NCBI GenBank assembly: GCA_007375595.1
Contig: VMEP01000001.1
Location: forward strand, 340,694-404,693
From: Parcubacteria group bacterium LiPW_30
GTDB taxonomy: Bacteria; Patescibacteriota; Minisyncoccia; Phycocordibacterales; VMEP01
Length of the DNA stretch: 64,000 bases
Reading direction: 5' to 3'
Shown: positions 29,170 through 39,352 of the stretch, piece by piece
Layout: every line of letters starts with the position of its first letter
Position numbering within the stretch: the first letter of the stretch is position 1
Program-made: the position numbers and the translations under genes
The notes under the pieces: model-generated
What the model was told of the DNA's origin: nothing
Databases searched by the model: none
Seen by the model: only the letters and a program-made list of their open reading frames with translations

Positions 29170-29577
29170 ATGCAACAAGTGCAAACTGTATCCAAAAAGA
29201 AGGCCAAGCCAGCCTTCGGCAGGAAATCTTCCGCTCGGGCTGATCATTTTTTCGACCGGCATTCGCCGGTCGAAGCTCGGCCAGTGGTGGCGTACTCGCC
29301 GGGATTTGCGGCGAGGCACATGGTTCCAGTACGCGTCGGAGAAAACGGGCACATCACCGCCAGTGTTTCCGAACTTTGCGGTTTTTTGCGCAATGGCAAC
29401 GCATCGGTTATCGGCGTGAAGAAGATGGTCGAAGTCGAAATCATGCGCGGGAAGCGAATGCGTGTTGTCACGCGCGAAGTGATTGACCCCGGTCCCAACT
29501 GCGATGTCGTCGTTTTCACGAACATGACGACGCCACATTGCTACGCCCTGAAGTCTCAGGTCAAGAGCGGCCTATAA
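29170..29577 (+). CDS. hypothetical protein (high GC)
   Basis: ORF with purine-rich SD before ATG 29170; GC-rich hairpin downstream. Confidence 0.55.
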   Translation: MQQVQTVSKKKAKPAFGRKSSARADHFFDRHSPVEARPVVAYSPGFAARHMVPVRVGENGHITASVSELCGFLRNGNASVIGVKKMVEVEIMRGKRMRVVTREVIDPGPNCDVVVFTNMTTPHCYALKSQVKSGL

Positions 29578-29664
29578 GAAGGGAGGCCCAAGATAAAAGG
29601 CGCGCTTTAATACAGCGCGCCTTCGATATTTATCACTATTTATCTATATGCTATAGTATTCCCC

Positions 29665-29967
29665 ATGGACCAGGAATTACGCGATTTACTTGAAAAGAAT
29701 CTTCAAATATCAGAGGAGAATAACGAGCTTTTAAGGAAATTATACCGTTCTCAAAAATGGTCTCAGTTTATGAGTATTATGTATTGGGTGCTTATAATAG
29801 GTATTACTTTTGGAACGTATTACTATCTTCAGCCATACATAGAAACGCTTTTAGGAACATACATTGATTTAATGAGTGGGATTGATACGATAAACCAAAA
29901 AAGTCAGTCACTCCCAAACATGAATACGATTAGTGATTTTCTAAGAGGAATAAGTGCTCCTAAGTAA
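29665..29967 (+). CDS. hypothetical single-TM coiled-coil protein
   Basis: ORF; TGCTATAGT extended -10 just upstream. Confidence 0.7.
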   Translation: MDQELRDLLEKNLQISEENNELLRKLYRSQKWSQFMSIMYWVLIIGITFGTYYYLQPYIETLLGTYIDLMSGIDTINQKSQSLPNMNTISDFLRGISAPK

Positions 29968-29978
29968 GAAATAAATAT

Positions 29979-30051
29979 GCCGAGGTAGCTCAGTTGGTAG
30001 AGCATTTCCCTGAAGAGGAAGGGGTCGCCGGTTCAAATCCGGCCCTCGGCA
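29979..30051 (+). tRNA. tRNA-Phe(GAA)
   Basis: GCCGAGG/CCTCGGC; TTTCC-CTGAAGA-GGAAG; GCCGG-TTCAAAT-CCGGC. Confidence 0.93.
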
Positions 30052-30223
30052 CACGAACAAAGTGAAGTGGGATGAGGGAACGAGTGAACTGCTTCACTCG
30101 TGTCCGGATTTGAAGGTCGGAACATGTCGCAAAGCGACAGTGAGACGGGGTCGAGAGTACTTATGAGCGTAGCGAATTAGTAACTCGTGACCAAATCCGG
30201 CCCTCGGCACACGAACAAAGTGA
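30052..30223 (+). mobile_element. tRNA-3'-linked element (Phe)
   Basis: Anti-T-arm CCGGATTTGAA 30104-30114; core GGGGTCG..GTGAC; 32-bp direct repeat 30034-30065 = 30192-30223. Confidence 0.75.
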
Positions 30224-30315
30224 GGTGGGGTGATGGAGCTTTTTAACAGAAGAGAACCATTGATTTGTGGTTTATTTGGTCTGCAGAATATACTTTATAC
30301 TGATATACTTTAAAA

Positions 30316-30858
30316 ATGGAAAAAGTTGAAGTAGAAATAACCACGAAAGAATTGCTTGAACGGTATAACGAAAGATTCGCCGACAAAAAGGATATAACTC
30401 TTAAAGATCTTTCTGAAATGAAAGAAAGTGGAATCTCCGCTGAAATGTTTCTTGAGTTTCTTCGAGAAAAGTACGACTATTTATTTCACGGCTCAAGAAA
30501 TGAGATTTCTTTTGCGGATGGAGTAAAACCTTCAAAAGATGGCGTTATTTTTTCTTCAGATAATCCTTCCGTTGCAATACTTAAAGCTATTTACCGTAAT
30601 AACGCTAAAAATCTCGGCTATCCACTTAATTTAAAGGAAGACAAGTCTAATATGGTATTGGTTATTGATGAACCACAAGAAGATACTATTGGCGAGAAAG
30701 GTTACGTTTATGTTATTTCTGATAAAACAGGTTTTAAAAGAGATCCCAATAGTAATTGGCAATACTTAAAAGAAAATACAGCGGAAGAAAATACCCCTTT
30801 TGTTAAAAGGGTTGAGGTAGAAAGAGCTGATTTTAAATATCCCGTGCAAGTAAATTAG
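30316..30858 (+). CDS. hypothetical protein flanked by tRNA-Phe 3'-end repeats
   Basis: ORF with LFHGS and GYVYV motifs. Confidence 0.7.
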   Translation: MEKVEVEITTKELLERYNERFADKKDITLKDLSEMKESGISAEMFLEFLREKYDYLFHGSRNEISFADGVKPSKDGVIFSSDNPSVAILKAIYRNNAKNLGYPLNLKEDKSNMVLVIDEPQEDTIGEKGYVYVISDKTGFKRDPNSNWQYLKENTAEENTPFVKRVEVERADFKYPVQVN

Positions 30859-30933
30859 TAACCAGCGATTGAGTCCAGCCCTCGGCACACTACAAAACAA
30901 AAACTCCGCGATGTGCGGAGTTTTTTGTTTTTA

Positions 30934-31404
30934 TTATATTGAGCGAACTTTAAGTTTGGTTTGTTTTTCGCGATCAACTTTTGGAAGGCGAATGACAAGT
31001 AGCCCGTGTTTTTCAATTGCTTCGGTTTCTTCAGGCTCTATTTCTTGTGGAAGCATTATTGTTCTTGAGAATGAACCCCAATAGAGTTCATTGTAAAAAT
31101 AGTCATCATCCTCACCTTCTTTATTTTCTTCGCGTTTACCACGGATTGTTACCATGTCGCGAGTTATAGATATTTGAAGATCGTCTGGTTTTACTCCAGC
31201 AACAATTGATTTTATTATTATCTCAGTTGGTGTTTGGTAAACATCAACTGTTAGTTGAGCTTCTTCGTTTTCTTCTTCTAACCAACCAGCCTCTCCTTTG
31301 TGGGCTCCTTTTTCTTCATTTTCCTCTCGAGTTTCCTCGCTCTCCTCATTTAAAGAAACACTGCCAGTTAATTTTTCGAAAAATGATCTTTTATCTTTTG
31401 ACAT
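30934..31404 (-). CDS. Hsp20/alpha-crystallin small heat shock protein
   Basis: VDVYQT, ELYWGSFSRTI.LP, GLLVIRLPK. Confidence 0.9.
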   Translation of the reverse strand: MSKDKRSFFEKLTGSVSLNEESEETREENEEKGAHKGEAGWLEEENEEAQLTVDVYQTPTEIIIKSIVAGVKPDDLQISITRDMVTIRGKREENKEGEDDDYFYNELYWGSFSRTIMLPQEIEPEETEAIEKHGLLVIRLPKVDREKQTKLKVRSI

Positions 31405-31432
31405 AGGGGGCTTAGTTAATTTTTTATAAAAT

Positions 31433-32134
31433 TTATTCACGCAACAACTTTATTTTTTCAAAGACAAGAAGGATTAAAACGGCGACAATCCAAAAGAATG
31501 CAAATACAACTAGAACATTCTTGTTTTCATCATTCATTATAAAAAAATTAAACAAAGTATGCAACGCAGTTGCGGATATTAAACCAAGAAGAAGTGCAAC
31601 TGTACGACTAAAGACACTTCTGTAAAAAGTAAGTCCAAGTGCGATACCGATAAAGGCGCTGCCTTCCGCGTGTAAAACCGCTGCTCCTAAAAAGCGGAGA
31701 TTTCCAGTAATGAGGCCCTCTAATAGATGTCCGTTTTTTATTGGGTCAAATAAAAATAACGCGCTTTCGGCGGCGGCAAAACCTAAGGCAGCAGTAATGA
31801 GATACATTGAATAGTCTATCGGCTCGTCTAAGAAACGTCTTGACCAAAAGATAATCGCCAAAAAGGCTAAAAATTTTGTGAGTTCTTCTATAAAGGCCCA
31901 AGCTGATAGTGTTGCCACACCCTCTGCTAGGAAAACTTGGACATATTGTTGTAGTGGTAAAACAAACTCAACCCCGACCATTCCGGCAATAAAAACAAAA
32001 GTAAGAAGAATTTTCGGTTCTGGATTTAGTTTGTCTTGTCTTAACCAAAACCAAAGCCAAAATATTGCAGGTAAAATTCCACCAAGTAGGGAATAAAAAA
32101 TTATGAGGTTATTTGAACTTATCATATTGGCCAT
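31433..32134 (-). CDS. PrsW-family intramembrane metalloprotease
   Basis: PEP, FIEELTK, ALGFAAAE, LH, LHTLFN. Confidence 0.85.
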   Translation of the reverse strand: MANMISSNNLIIFYSLLGGILPAIFWLWFWLRQDKLNPEPKILLTFVFIAGMVGVEFVLPLQQYVQVFLAEGVATLSAWAFIEELTKFLAFLAIIFWSRRFLDEPIDYSMYLITAALGFAAAESALFLFDPIKNGHLLEGLITGNLRFLGAAVLHAEGSAFIGIALGLTFYRSVFSRTVALLLGLISATALHTLFNFFIMNDENKNVLVVFAFFWIVAVLILLVFEKIKLLRE

Positions 32135-34314
32135 TTTTCAACCATTAATATTTCTCGGCCTTTCATTTTTGATTTTGGAAGATGTTGCCAAATTGATTCT
32201 GTCGCGAACGGCATGAAAGGATGAAGTGCTTTTAGTAGTTTATGAAGAATTTCTTGAAGCATTATGGCTGTGGCACTTTTATCTTTTTCGTCACTACCAT
32301 TTAAGCGTACCTTACTTTCCTCAATTATTTTGTCTGCAAAAATGTGCCATGCGTAATGATATAATTTTTCTCCGGCAAGATAGAAGCGATAGTTTTCGAT
32401 ATCACCAGTAATTTCTTCAAGGGTTTTTTCAAACTCTTTTATTTGCTCTTGTTGCCAAGCGCCAAGTTCTATATTTTCAGTATTTATCTCTTCTGTGTTT
32501 TCTAAAACAAATCTGGTTATATTCCAGAGCTTATTGGCGAAGTTTTTATATCCGCGGATTTTATCTTCTGAGAGTTTAGAATCATTTCCTGGGGCGGTGC
32601 CGACAATAAGCGAAAGACGAACAGCATCGGTGCCGAATTTGTCGGACATATCAACGGGGTCGATTATGTTGCCAAGAGATTTAGACATCTTGCGTCCTTG
32701 TCCGTCACGAACTAATCCATGCAGGTAAACTTTTTTAAAAGGAATTTGTCCTGTGAGATATGTACTCATTAAAATCATGCGTGCCACCCAGAAAAATAAA
32801 ATATCATAACCAGTTTCAAGCACGTCTGTTGGATGGTATCTTTTTAGGTCGTCTGTTTTCTCTGGCCACCCCAAAGTGGAGAAGGTCCAAAGACCAGAAG
32901 AGAACCAGGTATCAAGGGTGTCTTCATCTTGCTTCCAGCCATCGCCCTCTGGGGCTTCTACTCCAGTATAGGTTTCATCTCCTCGGTACCAGACGGGGAT
33001 TCTATGTCCGTACCAAATTTGTCGCGAAATACACCAATCTCTCAAATTGTTTATCCAATGGAAGTAAATTTTTGAAAAATGGTCTGGAATAATTTCTACT
33101 TGCCCGTTTTCGACGACATGAATCATCAGCTTTTTGAGCGTGACCATTTCTCCTGAGGCAATGCCATTTATTTCTGAATAAGGCAATTTGAACTCTTTAT
33201 TAACATCAATAAACCACTGCATCATTATTTGTGGCTCTATTACACCTCCACCACGGCTGTCGGTGGCGATATTGTGTATATAGTTTTCGTCAGTCTTGAC
33301 GACCAAGCCTTTGCTTTTTAATTTTTCAACAATAAGCGCGCGCGCTTTTTTAATATGTTGTCCGGCAAATTCTCCAGCGATGGGTAGAAGCTTCCCTTTG
33401 TAGTCAATGATTTGTTCTTTATCAAGATTATGTCGCTCGGCTATTTCAAAGTCGACTACATCGTGCCACGGTGTAATAGTCATGACTCCAGTCCCAAACT
33501 CCATATCAATTGCTTTGTCTTTAATTATCGTTGCTTTGATAGGTCCGTTTATCCACTCTAATTCTATTTCTTGCCCCTCTTTATATTCTTCATAACGCTT
33601 ATCATTTGGATGCATCACGACATATTTATCTCCAAATTTTGTTTCTGGGCGGGCGGTACCAATAACGAATGGTCCATATTGTAGGTAATAGAAAGTTGTT
33701 TTTTCTTCCACGTGTTCAACTTCTTCGTCAGAGACGGTTGTTTGAAGTTTTGGATCCCAATTGACGATACGATGGCCTCGGTAGATTAAATCATCGTCAT
33801 ACATTTTTTTGAACGCTGTTCTAACAGCAAGGTTACGCGCTTTATCTAAGGTGTACGCCTCACGACTCCAGTCAATTGAAGAGCCCATGCGTTTAATCTG
33901 GCCGACTATTGTGTCACGGCTTTCTTGGGCATAATCTTCAACTCGTTTTAAAAATACTTCACGACCTAAATCATGGCGTGTTTTTTCTTCTTCTTTATAG
34001 ATATTTTTTTCAACTTTTTCTTGGGTCGCAATTGCGGCATGGTCTGTTCCAGGGAGCCAAAGGGTGCGTTTTCCGCGCATACGATTAAAACGAACAAGAA
34101 TGTCTTCAATAGCGAGCATTGCGGCGTGTCCGACATGGAGAGTTCCAGTGACATTTGGGGGAGGAAGGACGATAGAAAAAGATTCTGCTTCGCTATCTGT
34201 GATTCCTTTCTCAACACATACGTCTGGGTTAAAAAATCCACTATCCTCCCATAGTTTGTATATAGCGCCTTCCGTTTCTTTCGAGTCGTATGGTTTAAGG
34301 AATTTATCGTCCAT
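32122..34314 (-). CDS. valS: valine--tRNA ligase (short, lacks C-terminal coiled coil)
   Basis: PPPNVTGTLHVGH, DWCISRQIWYGH, DTWFSSGLW, KMSKS. Confidence 0.96.
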   Translation of the reverse strand: MDDKFLKPYDSKETEGAIYKLWEDSGFFNPDVCVEKGITDSEAESFSIVLPPPNVTGTLHVGHAAMLAIEDILVRFNRMRGKRTLWLPGTDHAAIATQEKVEKNIYKEEEKTRHDLGREVFLKRVEDYAQESRDTIVGQIKRMGSSIDWSREAYTLDKARNLAVRTAFKKMYDDDLIYRGHRIVNWDPKLQTTVSDEEVEHVEEKTTFYYLQYGPFVIGTARPETKFGDKYVVMHPNDKRYEEYKEGQEIELEWINGPIKATIIKDKAIDMEFGTGVMTITPWHDVVDFEIAERHNLDKEQIIDYKGKLLPIAGEFAGQHIKKARALIVEKLKSKGLVVKTDENYIHNIATDSRGGGVIEPQIMMQWFIDVNKEFKLPYSEINGIASGEMVTLKKLMIHVVENGQVEIIPDHFSKIYFHWINNLRDWCISRQIWYGHRIPVWYRGDETYTGVEAPEGDGWKQDEDTLDTWFSSGLWTFSTLGWPEKTDDLKRYHPTDVLETGYDILFFWVARMILMSTYLTGQIPFKKVYLHGLVRDGQGRKMSKSLGNIIDPVDMSDKFGTDAVRLSLIVGTAPGNDSKLSEDKIRGYKNFANKLWNITRFVLENTEEINTENIELGAWQQEQIKEFEKTLEEITGDIENYRFYLAGEKLYHYAWHIFADKIIEESKVRLNGSDEKDKSATAIMLQEILHKLLKALHPFMPFATESIWQHLPKSKMKGREILMVEKWPI

Positions 34315-34461
34315 AATGACAAAAGCATATCATAAATAAGGGTTTTTTCTATCGTTCTTAATTTTACAAGAATTAACAATTCAATACTTATTTTGTTTGG
34401 TATTGATAATTTTTTATTTTGTTGTATAGTTAAAAAGGCAGTATCTTTAAGGAGGGTTCAA

Positions 34462-34860
34462 ATGAACAACGACGAGAAAGAATTGACCAGATCCTTCTCA
34501 ATGGTCTTTGGTAGCAAAAGCGATGAAGGTCGCTCTCCTGGGCCAACGTTTCTCGAGGAGGTTTTTTCCGCACTGGAAGATTTCAGATTCAGTAGTTATT
34601 TTGGCGGACGAAAGTCCAAGCTCGACATTGAGAGGGAGCGACAAGATTATGAAGCCCAGAAGCACGTTGCCCTCAATATGTTTCGGAAGTCTGCAAGGCT
34701 TCATGGGGCAAGCGCCGGGCTGAAAGAGTATTTGGCCCATCGTTACTTTCTCTCCGCCATGGTCAAGGAAAAGGATTGGGTGGTGGTTTGGGAAAAGTTT
34801 CGGGCAAATTGCAGGGCCAATCCCAAGCTTTCTGCCTACATTGATCACCTCATGATCTAA
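34462..34860 (+). CDS. hypothetical protein (high GC)
   Basis: SD AAGGAGGG before ATG 34462. Confidence 0.55.
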   Translation: MNNDEKELTRSFSMVFGSKSDEGRSPGPTFLEEVFSALEDFRFSSYFGGRKSKLDIERERQDYEAQKHVALNMFRKSARLHGASAGLKEYLAHRYFLSAMVKEKDWVVVWEKFRANCRANPKLSAYIDHLMI

Positions 34861-36101
34861 AACGAGAGGTTCCCCATAGCGCGGATTCGTGAAAGCGAAG
34901 TCCGCGCAACTTTTTTATCTGATTTAAAATATCCAGCAAGACCAATCATGATTGCGTTGTCGGTTGTGAGGGTTTGTGAAGGAATGAAAAGTTTTGTTTC
35001 TGGAAAATTATCGGCGAACGATTTTTCAAAAGAACGGCGGATATGTTTGTTTGCTGAAACACCACCACCGAGTGAGAATGTTTTTATTTTATATTTTTTT
35101 ACCGCTCGTTCACTTTTTGAAAGTAAAACTTCTGTTGCAGAATCTTCAAACTCGCAAGCAATTGATTCTTTAATGTTTGCAGTAATTTTAGCTAAAACAT
35201 CCGGCTTTGATGGATGTTCGCCCGACCCAGCTGACGCTGGGTTTAGGGAAATTTTTTTTAATGTATAAAGTACGGCGGTTTTTAACCCGGCAAAAGAAAA
35301 ATCAAAATCTTTTGAATGAAGCATTGGTCGTGGTAGTGGGTATAGTGATTTTTCTCCAAGATGTTTTTCGCGATATTTTTCAGCAAGACGCGATATTTCC
35401 GGACCTCCAGGATATGGTAGGGAAAGCATTCGCGCGACCTTATCAAAAGCTTCGCCGACAGCATCATCTCTCGTTTGTCCGATTAGCTTGTAGACACCCC
35501 ATTTTTTAGCCAAAACAAGCTCAGTATGACCGCCAGAGATAAGAAGAGACAACATTGGGAATAGTGGTTTTTTGAGCGTAAAATTGCCATTTTTTACGCC
35601 TTTAAGAAGAGAGGCGAGTAAGTGTCCTTCCATGTGGTTTGCCGGAATAACCGGTATGCCCCAAAGGAAATTTAAAGCTTTAGCAAAGTTAATTCCAACC
35701 CAAAGCGCTGGTTCAAGTCCTGGGCCATTGGTTACAACAATCAGGTCTATTTTAGGAGTTTTTATATTTGGTAGTTCTTCACAAATCAATTCAAAAAGTT
35801 CCGGTTCGTGGGAGAGAAGTGTTTTTAGTTTGTTTGTGTCTTTGGTGCTAAAAGTTTTTGTTTTTTCATTTTTTAACAGACCGCTTTCTTTCAGGGCCGT
35901 TTTTAAAATTGGAACAAGATTTTTTGAGTGTTCGCGTTTGGCGAGTGCTGGATATACGCCCCCATATTGCTCGTGGATTTTGATTTGTGAAATAAGCGCA
36001 TTACCCAAAACAGAAACTTTTGTTTCCGTTTTAGTTTCTTTGATATCGAGAATTGCTATCGCAGTTTCATCGCACGATGTTTCTATGGCTAAGATTTTCA
36101 T
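34857..36101 (-). CDS. tsaD: tRNA N6-threonylcarbamoyltransferase
   Basis: AIETSCDET, NHMEGH, SGGHTEL, DDAVGEAFDK, DNAIMIG. Confidence 0.95.
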   Translation of the reverse strand: MKILAIETSCDETAIAILDIKETKTETKVSVLGNALISQIKIHEQYGGVYPALAKREHSKNLVPILKTALKESGLLKNEKTKTFSTKDTNKLKTLLSHEPELFELICEELPNIKTPKIDLIVVTNGPGLEPALWVGINFAKALNFLWGIPVIPANHMEGHLLASLLKGVKNGNFTLKKPLFPMLSLLISGGHTELVLAKKWGVYKLIGQTRDDAVGEAFDKVARMLSLPYPGGPEISRLAEKYREKHLGEKSLYPLPRPMLHSKDFDFSFAGLKTAVLYTLKKISLNPASAGSGEHPSKPDVLAKITANIKESIACEFEDSATEVLLSKSERAVKKYKIKTFSLGGGVSANKHIRRSFEKSFADNFPETKLFIPSQTLTTDNAIMIGLAGYFKSDKKVARTSLSRIRAMGNLSF

Positions 36102-36136
36102 AACATTTGCATATTATCCGAACAAAGCCAAAAAGG

Positions 36137-36847
36137 CTAATTGTGTAGATAAGACAATCTTTTCTCTTCAGGAAAGCGTTCTATGGCATAACGAAGTGTG
36201 GTTCGTGGAATTTGTTTGAGGTGTTTTTTAAGGAATTTTTCTTCCTCTGCCTGAGAACATCTTTTTCCGATTTCACGAAGCATCCAGCCAACTGCTTTAT
36301 GAATTAAGTCATGTTTATCACCTAATAAAATTTCGGCAATTTTTAGTGTTTCTTTTGGTTGACCTTGTTTTATAAAATGAAATGTTGAAAGTATTGCAAT
36401 TCGGCGTTCCCAAAGATTTTTTGAGCGCGCAAGTTTTAAGAGGGTGGAAGTCTCTTGTTTTGTTTGATAAAGATATGCGCCAACAATTTTATCTGCTGAA
36501 AGATCAACTAAATCCCAGTTGTTTATTTGTTTTGTATGCTTTAAATAAAAGTTGAAGATGTCTTTTTTAGTTTTTTCGTCTCCTTCTTCAAACTGACGAA
36601 CTAAAATTAAAATTGCGACTAATCTTTCCTCGTGTATTTTTGAGGAAAGAAGTTGTTCGGTCTTTGATATAGAAAGGTCTTTGTATTTTAAAGAAATGGA
36701 GCGAGATTTTGGAACAGTTACTCCAAAAAAAATATCTCCCTCGGCATATTCACCAGGGCCGGTTTTGAAGAAGCTTTGTAGGACTTTCTTCTTTTTTGGA
36801 TCGGCTAGTTTTTTTAAGTCGTTTTTAAGAGAGATGATTTGTGGCAT
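36137..36847 (-). CDS. DNA alkylation repair (AlkD-like) protein
   Basis: FFKTGPGEYAEGD, NNWDLVD, KAVGWMLRE, LRYAIE. Confidence 0.88.
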   Translation of the reverse strand: MPQIISLKNDLKKLADPKKKKVLQSFFKTGPGEYAEGDIFFGVTVPKSRSISLKYKDLSISKTEQLLSSKIHEERLVAILILVRQFEEGDEKTKKDIFNFYLKHTKQINNWDLVDLSADKIVGAYLYQTKQETSTLLKLARSKNLWERRIAILSTFHFIKQGQPKETLKIAEILLGDKHDLIHKAVGWMLREIGKRCSQAEEEKFLKKHLKQIPRTTLRYAIERFPEEKRLSYLHN

Positions 36848-36880
36848 GGGTGGTTATGGGTTAGTGTCGTCGCGCTCTAT

Positions 36881-37250
36881 TATAACTTACGCTTGTGGTC
36901 AGGAATAATTTACACTCTGCATGGTTGGGGGGTCGGCTACACATAAAATTTTGCTAAATTTTTGTGCAGTCACAGATATTTTCCTGCTGGAAAATTCTGC
37001 GACCCCGACTCGGCTCGCCAGCCTCCGTCCCTCAATTGCTTCACTTATCGCAATTGAGCCCACCTCGCGCCGTCGCGCTCCGGTTTTCGACTCCTCACTA
37101 TATATAGCTTACGTTTGTGGTCAGGAATAATTTTATTGCCGTCGCAATAAAATTTTCACGACCCTGGCTCGCGATTTTGTCTGCTGACAAAATATCGCTC
37201 CGCCTCGCACAAGCTAAAAATCTCCCGCAGGGGAGATTTTTTTGCGCTTG
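36881..37250 (-). mobile_element. two tandem tRNA-3'-linked elements (Val)
   Basis: Core motifs twice; anti-T-arm GAGGAGTCGAA (plus 37086-37096); 31-bp direct repeats 36881-36911/37103-37133. Confidence 0.7.
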
Positions 37251-37323
37251 TGCGCGATAGAGGAGTCGAACCTCTGACCTACCCCACGTCAAGGGGTCGC
37301 TCTACCAACTGAGCTAACCGCGC
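37251..37323 (-). tRNA. tRNA-Val(GAC)
   Basis: GCGCGGT/ATCGCGC; ACCCC-TTGACGT-GGGGT; AGAGG-TTCGACT-CCTCT. Confidence 0.93.
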
Positions 37324-37457
37324 ATAAAATAAATACAAAATATCCGGCAATACAATCAGGACTAAGTACCAAATTGTACGAGTATAATAGTAGTTTTTTG
37401 GTGATTTGAATAGGGCCAAATTTTCAGCGCCAAATAAACGAAAAAGTTGACCCCGTG

Positions 37458-38597
37458 TTATATTTCGCCATCAACATTATGTATTCTGTGCGGTATTTTG
37501 ATCCGGCGAATCTGATTTTGCATTTTTACTAACACCCAGGCTAAAACTAAAAGAAGAATAAGATTAAAAACCATAGCCAGCCAAGCAGGGAATAGTTTAA
37601 AAAACAAATCGTAGCGTGATACCAGTGGCCAGTGAATCAGGTAAATTTCATAGGCGTAAATGCCGAAAATATGAAAAACCTTAATTTCAAATTTTTTCAT
37701 TATGAAAAAAAGTATTATCGCGCCCATAGTGACGAGACTAATTAATTGCTCTTTCCATGGGTTTTCTCCCACACCAGAATAATATGCCGTATAACCAATT
37801 AAGATTAATAGGGCAATTAAGGTGAGGTAATAGGCAATACTTTTTATAACGTTTAAGCTTTGTGGAAAAATTCTAGATATTTTTATTTTATTAAAATAAT
37901 GTGGTTTAAAAAATAATGAGGCAAGAGCCACACCAAGAGGGAAAGCTAATAAGTGCAATTGATATAAATGCAAAACGTCTTCAGTGATTGGAAGTTTTAA
38001 TTGGATTATGAAATAAGAAGAAAGATAAATAAGAACCGCTGTTAACCAAGGGTACTTTTTGAAAAAAAAGAATGGAAAAACTAGATAATAAAATAATATT
38101 GGGGTAAAAAACCAAAGCGGGGAATTAATATCAATAAATAAGTCGGCTCTTGGGAAAAATCCAATAAGAGATTGAGTTATGTATAGCGAGCCGTAGGAAA
38201 TATGCAGAAGAAAAAAGTCTAGTAGGAAAAATGCGATAACGACAATCCAAAAAGGGATGAATAATTTTAATAAACGTTTTTTGTAAAATTCACCCAGTGG
38301 TAATTTTTCTTTTAGCTCACTAACAGTTAAACCAAACCCGGATAAAAATAAAAATAGATTTACCCCTACACCAGAGATAATCGAGAGGGGAAATAAAAAA
38401 CCATGGTCATTGGAAAGGAAATAACCAATATGGGCAAAAATTACAGACAAAATAGCTAGCCCTTTAAGCTCTTGCGTTAACGCTAGTGAAAATAATTCCT
38501 GATCTTCTTTTCGTTTTATTGAGAGAAGTAACGTAAAAACAAAAATTGCAATGAAGATACTAGTTGATAGAAGCGGATTATTTATAGAAATTGGCAT
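37458..38597 (-). CDS. acyltransferase-3 family membrane protein
   Basis: LKGLAIL..H, GVNLFLFLSGFGL, FYKKRL, YEIYLIHWP. Confidence 0.85.
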   Translation of the reverse strand: MPISINNPLLSTSIFIAIFVFTLLLSIKRKEDQELFSLALTQELKGLAILSVIFAHIGYFLSNDHGFLFPLSIISGVGVNLFLFLSGFGLTVSELKEKLPLGEFYKKRLLKLFIPFWIVVIAFFLLDFFLLHISYGSLYITQSLIGFFPRADLFIDINSPLWFFTPILFYYLVFPFFFFKKYPWLTAVLIYLSSYFIIQLKLPITEDVLHLYQLHLLAFPLGVALASLFFKPHYFNKIKISRIFPQSLNVIKSIAYYLTLIALLILIGYTAYYSGVGENPWKEQLISLVTMGAIILFFIMKKFEIKVFHIFGIYAYEIYLIHWPLVSRYDLFFKLFPAWLAMVFNLILLLVLAWVLVKMQNQIRRIKIPHRIHNVDGEI

Positions 38598-38719
38598 AAA
38601 TTATTTTTGCCTGTAGTCTACACCTATTCAAGGTCGTCTTTGCGAATCGTTGCAGGCTACGTGGGTTAAGTACCATGGTGGTGATACGTCACAAGGATAA
38701 TTTGGCGGACTTTCGAAGC

Positions 38720-39313
38720 TCAGTTTGAAGCACTCGGGTCGTTGGTTAAAATCTGAATTGATGTCTCCCACGCTTCGTCTGGAGTCTCGAATACTGGATA
38801 TCCGTATTTATTTGATTCTTCCTTATAGCGCGGTCGTTCGCCATTGAAAAACGCATCTGATTCTAATTTCTGCAATTCTTCTGAAGCGCCCCAACGGGGT
38901 TCCTTCATGTTTCTCTCCAGTGTCTCTTCGAAAGACCGTCCGATTATTGCAATACCCGGAATACCCAAGTCTTTATGTGCTAAATGCGGAAGTATGTTCA
39001 CGCCCTCAAAAATAATTGGACGTACCTCGTTGGCATATTGAGCAAGTCCCGCAAGGATTCCTGGCCAGAATCCCTCAGACTGTGTCACAAGATTCTTCCA
39101 TTGTTCGTCGTAATTGGTGGTTGTGTAGTATGTGTATTCATCCTGATCGAGGTAATAGTTTACCCACTTCTTCCAGTGTTCATCTTTCGCCAAATCCTCG
39201 CGCATATCATCAATTGACACGCAAATACCTCCAACTTCTTCGGCGAGCCTCTTGCCTAGGTACGACTTTCCTGCGGTCGGAATTCCTGTGATGAATAATC
39301 GTTGTTTGTTCAT
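38720..39313 (-). CDS. P-loop NTPase/kinase
   Basis: ITGIPTAGKS Walker A, IIFEG. Confidence 0.7.
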   Translation of the reverse strand: MNKQRLFITGIPTAGKSYLGKRLAEEVGGICVSIDDMREDLAKDEHWKKWVNYYLDQDEYTYYTTTNYDEQWKNLVTQSEGFWPGILAGLAQYANEVRPIIFEGVNILPHLAHKDLGIPGIAIIGRSFEETLERNMKEPRWGASEELQKLESDAFFNGERPRYKEESNKYGYPVFETPDEAWETSIQILTNDPSASN

Positions 39314-39352
39314 ATTTTAGGTACTCGGGTCTACCTTATACTAAGTTCTCGG

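Noticed and set aside
32122-34314. Short ValS (and short S1) as pseudogenes
   Set aside because: Catalytic motifs are intact; shortened forms are consistent with reduced CPR-type genomes.
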